NCBI GenBank assembly: GCA_032128375.1
Contig: JAQBGU010000104.1
Location: 1 to 10,219 of the forward strand
Reading direction: 5' to 3'
Length of the DNA stretch: 10,219 bases
Origin: Deltaproteobacteria bacterium
GTDB lineage: Bacteria; Myxococcota_A; UBA9160; SMWR01
Both the position numbers and the translations under genes were made by a program. Below the pieces are notes generated by a model. The model searched no databases, was not told the origin of the DNA, and saw only the letters and a list, made by a program, of their open reading frames with translations. Each line of letters opens with the position of its first letter. The first letter of the stretch is position 1. This document shows, piece after piece, positions 1 to 5,227 of the stretch.

Positions 1-456
1 CTCACCGGAGGAGAGTGCTCTTCCTCGAAGCGGAACCGATCCCCGAACCGGCTCGATGTCAGTCGCCCGAGCGAACTCCTCGGCTCCGATCAGTTCCAGT
101 CTCCAAGCTTCTTTCAAGACTCCCCGAAGAGAACTGAGGGATTTGTTGACCGAAGAAGGACTCAGTCTCTTCCCAGTCCTCTCCGAGATGGTCTCCACGA
201 GGGCTGTCCGGATCGCCTGAACATGTTGGTATCTGAGTTGATGCCATGGGAGCCCCTCAGCGGAGAACTGACCTCCAGAAGCGATTCTAGCGATCCGTTC
301 CAGAGACTCGGCCATGGTGGGACGGGAACCCGAAGACAGTCGAGCCAGGTAAACGTAAAAGGGATTCCGATCCCGACCCTCGGAACCCTGCAAGTCAAGT
401 TCTCGACAGTTCCCACCGTTCACACCGTTCCCGGGAACCGGGTGATTCACTTCCAT
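1..456 (-). CDS. Tyrosine recombinase/integrase (XerC-like), N-terminal 152 codons; continues beyond the left edge
   Basis: Not in the ORF track because its stop is outside the window. My translation from ATG at 456: MEVNHPVPGNGVNGGNCRELDLQGSEGRDRNPFYVYLARLSSGSRPTMAESLERIARIASGGQFSAEGLPWHQLRYQHVQAIRTALVETISERTGKRLSPSSVNKSLSSLRGVLKEAWRLELIGAEEFARATDIEPVRGSVPLRGRALSSGE. GGAGG RBS at 466-470 (minus). The motifs 'NP..VYLARL..SR.TM', 'PWHQLRYQH..AIR', 'VNK.LS.LRGVLKEAWRL' and 'GRALSSGE' match the core-binding domain and linker of a widespread XerC-like integrase subfamily. The catalytic R-H-R-Y residues would lie outside the window. Confidence 0.88.
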   Translation of the reverse strand, partial: MEVNHPVPGNGVNGGNCRELDLQGSEGRDRNPFYVYLARLSSGSRPTMAESLERIARIASGGQFSAEGLPWHQLRYQHVQAIRTALVETISERTGKRLSPSSVNKSLSSLRGVLKEAWRLELIGAEEFARATDIEPVRGSVPLRGRALSSGE

Positions 457-552
457 TTCGGATTTCCTCCGTGTTTTGCGGGTCTCCCCGCTATCCATTT
501 CCCAACTGGGTCCTCGATCGTGATCCGTTGGCTCCCCGAAACCGGGGAGTTA
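457..552 (-). promoter_or_regulatory. Structured 5' leader of the recombinase gene (copy 1 of a shared leader motif)
   Basis: Minus strand: CTCCCCG-GTTT-CGGGGAG hairpin (532-549), GCGGG-GAGA-CCCGC hairpin (478-491), then AAAACACGGAGGAAATCCGAA-ATG, where CGGA/TCCG can pair over the RBS. Confidence 0.5.
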
Positions 553-802
553 TCTTCGCCGCTCCTTGAATCGGAACTGCCTTGAGCAATCAGAGAACAA
601 CTTCCACCAGCTCGGATGGATGGCGACTGGTGATCCGTGACACCCTTCCCGATGACACTGCCGCTGCATCTGAACTCACCGACTTGATGAACAAACCCCC
701 TGATGGTCACCACCTCTGGAGCGCCCTTCTCCAGAGAAGCGATCGTGGTCGGCGATGCCAGATCGAAATCCAATACCGCCGAGACAAGAACAATCCGCCG
801 AC

Positions 803-1537
803 CTAGTCGGCCTCGAGAAACCGACTGGCTCTTGGTCCGTGGGCCTGAATCACTCGCCCAATTAGCTTTCCTCCGCTTCCGTTGCATTTGATTGGACAGC
901 TGGCACATGTGACCCGCTTTCCGGCCTCGACTGATGCCGGGCACCTGGCCTCTCCCCGGACTCTTTCCCGATCTCCACTTGGAGCCACCCGGAAGTAGTT
1001 CCATCCGAGATTCGAAGCCTCGACTGCCTCGGATGCGGAGTCCACGGAGGCCATCACAAGCCCTCGGAACTCACTGAACCTTCGCCATGCATGGGTGTAA
1101 CCGGTTCGCCATGGAGCAGCATCGACCAGCGATCTCCACACCTCGATCGGAACGGCTGCCGGATCCCCATAGCTCCCGATCCGGAGTCCGAGACCGCTCT
1201 CGGTGATCTCGCCAGCACACTCTGCCGGTGATATCGACCGATACCCTCCCCGCTCATAACAGGAATACACCGCTCTGGGTCCGTGGCCGATGTTCACATA
1301 ACACGATCCCTCTCCACCCGATGCGATCGACCGATGTCGCCAGTCACCGCACACCGAGGGATCGAGGCCGATCCGGACAGCTTCCAGCGGCGAGACATCC
1401 CTTCGCAGGATGTAGCTCTGGAGCATCCCTCCTGTCTTCCGATTCGTACTCTGTCTTGAGAATCCAATTACGATCAAAACTATCGGGGCACCATCAAGGC
1501 AAGACTCGCCTTCCCAAACAACAAATCCGTTCGCCAT
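803..1537 (-). CDS. Phage-type Cys-rich protein of unknown function (possibly Fe-S binding; GP88-like/radical-SAM-like by inference)
   Basis: 244 aa ORF with an ACGGAG RBS. The motifs 'WEGES.LDGAPIV', 'S.NRKTGGM.Q.YILR.D..P', 'CGD.RHR...CYVN', 'LR.GSYGDPAAVP', 'TGYTH.W', 'MASVDS..EA' and 'CPAS.EAGKR.TC..C...C' recall a hypothetical protein family common in phages. Confidence 0.75.
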   Translation of the reverse strand: MANGFVVWEGESCLDGAPIVLIVIGFSRQSTNRKTGGMLQSYILRRDVSPLEAVRIGLDPSVCGDWRHRSIASGGEGSCYVNIGHGPRAVYSCYERGGYRSISPAECAGEITESGLGLRIGSYGDPAAVPIEVWRSLVDAAPWRTGYTHAWRRFSEFRGLVMASVDSASEAVEASNLGWNYFRVAPSGDRERVRGEARCPASVEAGKRVTCASCPIKCNGSGGKLIGRVIQAHGPRASRFLEAD

Positions 1538-1815
1538 GTCGGAGTGACTCCGTTTGATGCGGGGCTTGCCCGCGGTACACGTGCGGATCGAGTCCGCAAT
1601 TCGACCGGCCTACCCGATCGGACATCTCCCCAGAGCCAGTGTCGAAACCCTGCGGAGATGCACCGATCGGCTAGTGGTCTGTGAGTCCCTTTCCGAAAGC
1701 GTTCTGTGGATTCCATGTTTTGAATGGATCGCTGCGGAGTGCCCGGGACTCGTCTTGAGTCACTCGGCCTCGATCGGCGATTCGGCTGTCCCAGTTGCGA
1801 ATCGAGTCCGTGGCT
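1538..1815 (-). promoter_or_regulatory. Hairpin-dense non-coding leader or candidate structured RNA (includes copy 2 of the shared leader motif)
   Basis: Successive inverted repeats: CGGAG-TCA-CTCCG over the RBS (1540-1552), GCGGG-CAAGC-CCCGC (1559-1573), GCGGA-CTCGA-TCCGC (1583-1597), a long bulged stem (1610-1674), TCCAT..ATGGA, GACTC..GAGTC and GATTCG..CGAATC. No convincing ORF. Confidence 0.5.
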
Positions 1816-1822
1816 CCTGCTA

Positions 1823-2979
1823 GTGTCATGCGCCATAAATAACTATACATAATTATTCTAATGAGGCATCCTCCTGATGAAAAGGAGGGTGCCATGCCGC
1901 GTGGACGCAAACTCGAGTCACTCGAACTCACGGATGAGGAACGTCAGGTGCTCCAGGACTGGTCACGCCGCCGCAAGACGGCTCAAGGGCTCGCGACCCG
2001 CGCCCGCATCGTGCTCCTCGCAGACCAAGGGTGGACCAACTCCGCCGTGGCCGAGCACCTCGACGTCACGCGGGTCACGGTGGGCAAGTGGCGCTCGGGC
2101 TTTCTCGAACGCCGCCTCGATGGGCTCACCGATGAGCCCCGTCCCGGGGCCCCTCGCAAGGTCTCCGATGCCGAGGTCGAGCGCGTCATCGCCAAGACCC
2201 TCGAATCGACTCCCAAGGGAGCCACACACTGGAGCACCCGCTCCATGGCGGAGGCCTCGAAAATGAGTGCCACGACAGTGCGGCGAATTTGGCACACCTT
2301 CGCGCTCCAGCCTCACCGGACCGACACCTTCAAACTCTCCAACGATCCCCTGTTCATCGACAAGGTCCGCGATGTTGTGGGACTCTACCTCGACCCGCCC
2401 GAGAGAGCGCTCGTGCTTTGCGTGGACGAGAAGTCCCAGATTCAGGCTCTCGACCGCACACAGCCCCTCCTGCCCTTACAGCCTGGACAGTGCGAACGGC
2501 ATACGCACGACTATGTTCGCCACGGCACGACAACCCTGTTCGCTGCCCTGGACGTAAAATCCGGGCGAGTCATCGGAAGCCTTCACAAACACCACCGAGC
2601 GAAGGAGTTCCTCGGCTTCCTGCGCAAGATTGACAACGAGGTTCCCGGTGACCTCGACGTCCACCTCATCCTCGACAACTACCAGACCCACAAGGTCCCG
2701 GCAGTCAAGCGTTGGCTCGTTCGAAACCCACGCTTCCACCTTCATTTCACGCCGACCTACTCCTCCTGGATGAACCTCGTCGAGCGCTGGTTTGCCGCTC
2801 TCACCGACAAGGCGCTTCGCCGCGCCGCTCATCGCAGCGTCAAGAGGCTCAATGAAGCCATCAAGCTCTACATCGAGGTCAACAACGAGAACCCCAAGCC
2901 CCTCGCGTGGACCAAAACCGCCGACGAGATCCTCGACTCAATCGCCAGATTCTGTAAACGAACTTCCGGCGCAGGACAC
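1823..2979 (+). mobile_element. IS630-family insertion sequence, complete, with TA target duplication (1821-1822 and 2980-2981) in a CTAG target
   Basis: The left end GTGTCATGCGCC and the reverse complement of the right end GTGTCCTGCGCC match at 11/12 positions. Both are flanked by TA; removing the element restores C-TA-G. It contains a single transposase ORF. Confidence 0.93.
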
Positions 2980-2982
2980 TAG
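1894..2982 (+). CDS. IS630-family transposase
   Basis: ATG at 1894 follows an AGGAGG RBS. N-terminal HTH domains ('RARIVLL', 'GLTDEPRPGAPRK', 'THWSTRSMA'); DDE motifs 'VLCVDEKSQIQA', 'LILDNY', 'SSWMNLVERWF'. No frameshift. Confidence 0.96.
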   Translation: MPRGRKLESLELTDEERQVLQDWSRRRKTAQGLATRARIVLLADQGWTNSAVAEHLDVTRVTVGKWRSGFLERRLDGLTDEPRPGAPRKVSDAEVERVIAKTLESTPKGATHWSTRSMAEASKMSATTVRRIWHTFALQPHRTDTFKLSNDPLFIDKVRDVVGLYLDPPERALVLCVDEKSQIQALDRTQPLLPLQPGQCERHTHDYVRHGTTTLFAALDVKSGRVIGSLHKHHRAKEFLGFLRKIDNEVPGDLDVHLILDNYQTHKVPAVKRWLVRNPRFHLHFTPTYSSWMNLVERWFAALTDKALRRAAHRSVKRLNEAIKLYIEVNNENPKPLAWTKTADEILDSIARFCKRTSGAGH

Positions 2983-3050
2983 TTGTTCTAGTTGTTCGAG
3001 TTGTTCGAGTTGGTGGTAGCTGGTGGTAGCTGGTGGAAGCTGGTGGTCGT
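2980..3050. repeat. G/T-skewed short tandem repeat tract: (T/G)AGTTGTTC x3 followed by TGGTGG(T/A)AGC x3 plus one degenerate unit
   Basis: 9-mers at 2980, 2989 and 2998; 10-mers at 3011, 3021, 3031 and (degenerate) 3041. GCTGGTGG at 3019, 3029 and 3039. Confidence 0.9.
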
Positions 3051-3105
3051 TGAGTAGTTGCTCGGAGTTAGTTGGAGATATTGGGAATCCGGTTTGCCAT
3101 CCCCA

Positions 3106-3399
3106 TCAAAACTCGTACTGGAGCGCGGCCCGTTCGGCGAGAATCGGCCGGACGAGTTCCGTGACGAGTTGTAGGTGACGGGGGTGGGCCGCGTAAGCCT
3201 TGAAGTCGGCCGCGCTGGCGAATTCGGCCATTACGGCGAAGTCGAAGTTACCATCGGCCACTCCGAGATCGTCTCCGAACTCGTATCGCTGGATTTCTTT
3301 GATTGCGGTTGGCAGTTCGGACAGCCCGTCGCGAAGCGATTGCTTGTCCGCTTCTGGTGTTTCGGGATTGAATCGAAACAACACCACGTGTCGAACCAC
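3106..3399 (-). CDS. Dabb family protein (stress-responsive dimeric alpha/beta barrel)
   Basis: Likely GTG start at 3399 with AGGAG RBS (3406-3410); 97 aa. Motifs 'VRHVVLFRF', 'L..LP..I..I..YEFG.DLG', 'FDFA....F.S......Y..HP.H'. Confidence 0.9.
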   Translation of the reverse strand: MVRHVVLFRFNPETPEADKQSLRDGLSELPTAIKEIQRYEFGDDLGVADGNFDFAVMAEFASAADFKAYAAHPRHLQLVTELVRPILAERAALQYEF

Positions 3400-3532
3400 G
3401 GTACTCTCCTGTGATCGGTTGCCGGCGAAGGTAGCGCGAGCCTGATCCGCGTTGACGCGCAACTCCAGCGACATCGGTTCGCTTCGGCCGGGGGCCAATC
3501 GAGATCGACGCAAGACAGGTCAGCTGACTCCC

Positions 3533-3579
3533 CAGAAGTAGAGTCCTCGCAGAAGTAAAGTCCTCTCAGAAGTAAAATC
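3533..3579. repeat. Three tandem 17-bp-period direct repeats in the divergent Dabb/AraC intergenic region; candidate operator
   Basis: CAGAAGTAGAGTCCTCG (3533), CAGAAGTAAAGTCCTCT (3550), CAGAAGTAAAATC (3567). Confidence 0.75.
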
Positions 3580-3649
3580 GGTTCTGGCACCGGATACTCC
3601 GGATTCGTATACAATACCGTCGATTGGGCAGGCGAGGAGAACTCCAACG

Positions 3650-4498
3650 GTGTCAGTGATCTTTACAGGAATTGCAAAGCCGCTAAATATCCGAATATTT
3701 TCAGCCGGTTACCTTTCTCTCGGAGATTGGTGGACTCAAACCGATATCTTGCGCGATTTCTGGCGTTTGTATCTACACGACCAAGACGGTGCGAACCTGC
3801 AGCTCGCAGGCGACTCATTCGAGATGCCCCGGCGTCGCATTGCGCTCATCCCACCCGGTATCGACTTCGTGCCGGTCGTGCACTCTGAGGTCCAACAGCT
3901 TCACATTCACTTCGAATTTGTCGGATGGCCGGCGGAGGCAGCGCGCCAGGTTTTCCCCAGCCCTCTGATTCTCGATAGCGACAGCTTGCGCGACCAGCTC
4001 GCAGCCGACGTACGCGAGGAACTCAAAGCCGGACCGGCAGCGCTCGACCCGATCCTGTCGAGCCGTCTGAAGGCGTTGCTACACCTGTCGATTGCTGCGG
4101 CGCTGTCGGACATTCCCGACGATCGAGCCGGGCGTTTTCTGACGATCGCAGAAGGTCAACAGGAACTGCTCGCGGTGCTCCACTACATCGAAGAGCATCT
4201 CGATCAGCACCTGAGCAACGCTCTACTCGCCGAGATCGCGCGCACGAGCGAGTCCAGGTTCATCCGTCGATTCCGCGACACGACCGGCCGCACGCCGGGC
4301 CGCTATGTGCAGGATAGGCGTCTGCGGCGCGCCGCGGATCTCCTGGTGTCCTCCGGCCAAATCATCGAGGAGATCGCACAGCAGTGTGGGTTCGCGAACC
4401 GCTATCATTTTACCAGGGTTTTCTCGCAGCGAATGGGTTGTCCGCCAGCCAGGTACAGGAGCGATCGTCCGTACGGCGAAAGTCAGCGGCAGCGATAG
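3650..4498 (+). CDS. AraC family transcriptional regulator
   Basis: GTG start after AGGAG. N-terminal cupin-like ligand domain. C-terminal AraC double HTH: 'YIEEHL...LS...LAEIA..SESRFIRRFR..TG.TP..YV..RRL..A..LL', 'IA.QCGF....HFTRVF....G.PP..YR'. A TACAAT -10-like hexamer lies at 3610-3615. Confidence 0.95.
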   Translation: MSVIFTGIAKPLNIRIFSAGYLSLGDWWTQTDILRDFWRLYLHDQDGANLQLAGDSFEMPRRRIALIPPGIDFVPVVHSEVQQLHIHFEFVGWPAEAARQVFPSPLILDSDSLRDQLAADVREELKAGPAALDPILSSRLKALLHLSIAAALSDIPDDRAGRFLTIAEGQQELLAVLHYIEEHLDQHLSNALLAEIARTSESRFIRRFRDTTGRTPGRYVQDRRLRRAADLLVSSGQIIEEIAQQCGFANRYHFTRVFSQRMGCPPARYRSDRPYGESQRQR

Positions 4499-4606
4499 CC
4501 GCGATGAATGCGAAACTCTTCACCAGTGTGATGGGGTCGAAAGACCAGACGCCACATGCAATCCACCAACTCGGGAGTTCCCGGTTCGTACATGAATGGT
4601 TCGCAC

Positions 4607-5227
4607 ATGGACTTGAAGGCCATCGACGAGGTGCTCACCACGACTCGCTCTGTCCGGCGTCGGATCGACTTCGACCGCCCCGTTGAGCCAGGCGTCGTCG
4701 AAGAATGCATCGGGTTGGCGGTGCAGGCACCCACGGGTATTCATCAGGAGAGTTGGCGATTTCTGGTGCTCAGTGACCCGAAACCGAAGGCGGTGCTTGC
4801 AGAGTTGTACAGAGGCGCGCTAGGAACGCTGGTCGCAACCCGCGGAGTGGACGTGAAGCCCGCCCAGCGCGCGCTCGCTGACCGTTTGCACGAGATGCCA
4901 GTCCTGATCCTGGTGTGTAGCGAGGGAAGACCCCTGGCGGAATCGGTCGCGATGCAGGTGGCATTTTACGGGTCGGTTCTGCCCGCAGCCTGGTCATTGA
5001 TGCTGGCGTTGCGATCGCGCGGGCTGGGCGCCACCTGGACCACACTTCACCTGCTCCACGAGCGCGAAGCAGCCGCGGCCTTCGGAATCCCAGCTGGGGT
5101 TACGCAGACGGTACTGCTTCCGGTCGGCTACACGCGCGACGCGGTACTCAAGCCGGCGAATCGCCGCGCGCCGGCGGACGTTACGTTTTGGAATCGCTGG
5201 GGCAATCGGCGGACGTCGACGAATTGA
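4607..5227 (+). CDS. Nitroreductase family protein
   Basis: 'DEVLTTTRSVRRRIDFDRPV', 'A.QAPTG...ESWRFLV', 'GSVLPAAWS.MLALRSRGLG..WTTLHL', 'LLPVGY'. The start is uncertain (4607 preferred; 4592 possible). Confidence 0.92.
   Translation: MDLKAIDEVLTTTRSVRRRIDFDRPVEPGVVEECIGLAVQAPTGIHQESWRFLVLSDPKPKAVLAELYRGALGTLVATRGVDVKPAQRALADRLHEMPVLILVCSEGRPLAESVAMQVAFYGSVLPAAWSLMLALRSRGLGATWTTLHLLHEREAAAAFGIPAGVTQTVLLPVGYTRDAVLKPANRRAPADVTFWNRWGNRRTSTN

Noticed and set aside
59..1004. Track ORFs 59..247, 162..416, 223..585 and 447..1004
   Set aside because: They overlap the recombinase or the Cys-rich gene in other frames and have no protein-like motifs.
1..1820. Canonical integron (intI with attC cassettes)
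   Set aside because: The recombinase N-terminus is not IntI-like, the neighbouring gene is co-oriented with its own RBS leader, and the palindromes lack RYYYAAC/GTTRRRY ends.
2980..3050. CRISPR array or telomere
   Set aside because: Units are 9-10 bp, directly adjacent with no unique spacers, there are no cas genes, and the tract is internal to continuous sequence.
1671..3105. Gene interrupted by IS630 (minus frame ...LEQLEQLEQLAGATDSIRNW... after removing the IS)
   Set aside because: The rejoined frame is open back to the Dabb stop codon but I found no ATG, GTG or TTG start before the junction, and the product is low-complexity with no recognisable family.
3400..3513. Longer Dabb N-terminus from the ORF track
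   Set aside because: A good RBS with GTG at 3399 gives the typical Dabb length of about 97 aa.
3585..3600. Sigma-54 promoter at TGGCAC
   Set aside because: There is no TTGC/GC element at the required -12 spacing.
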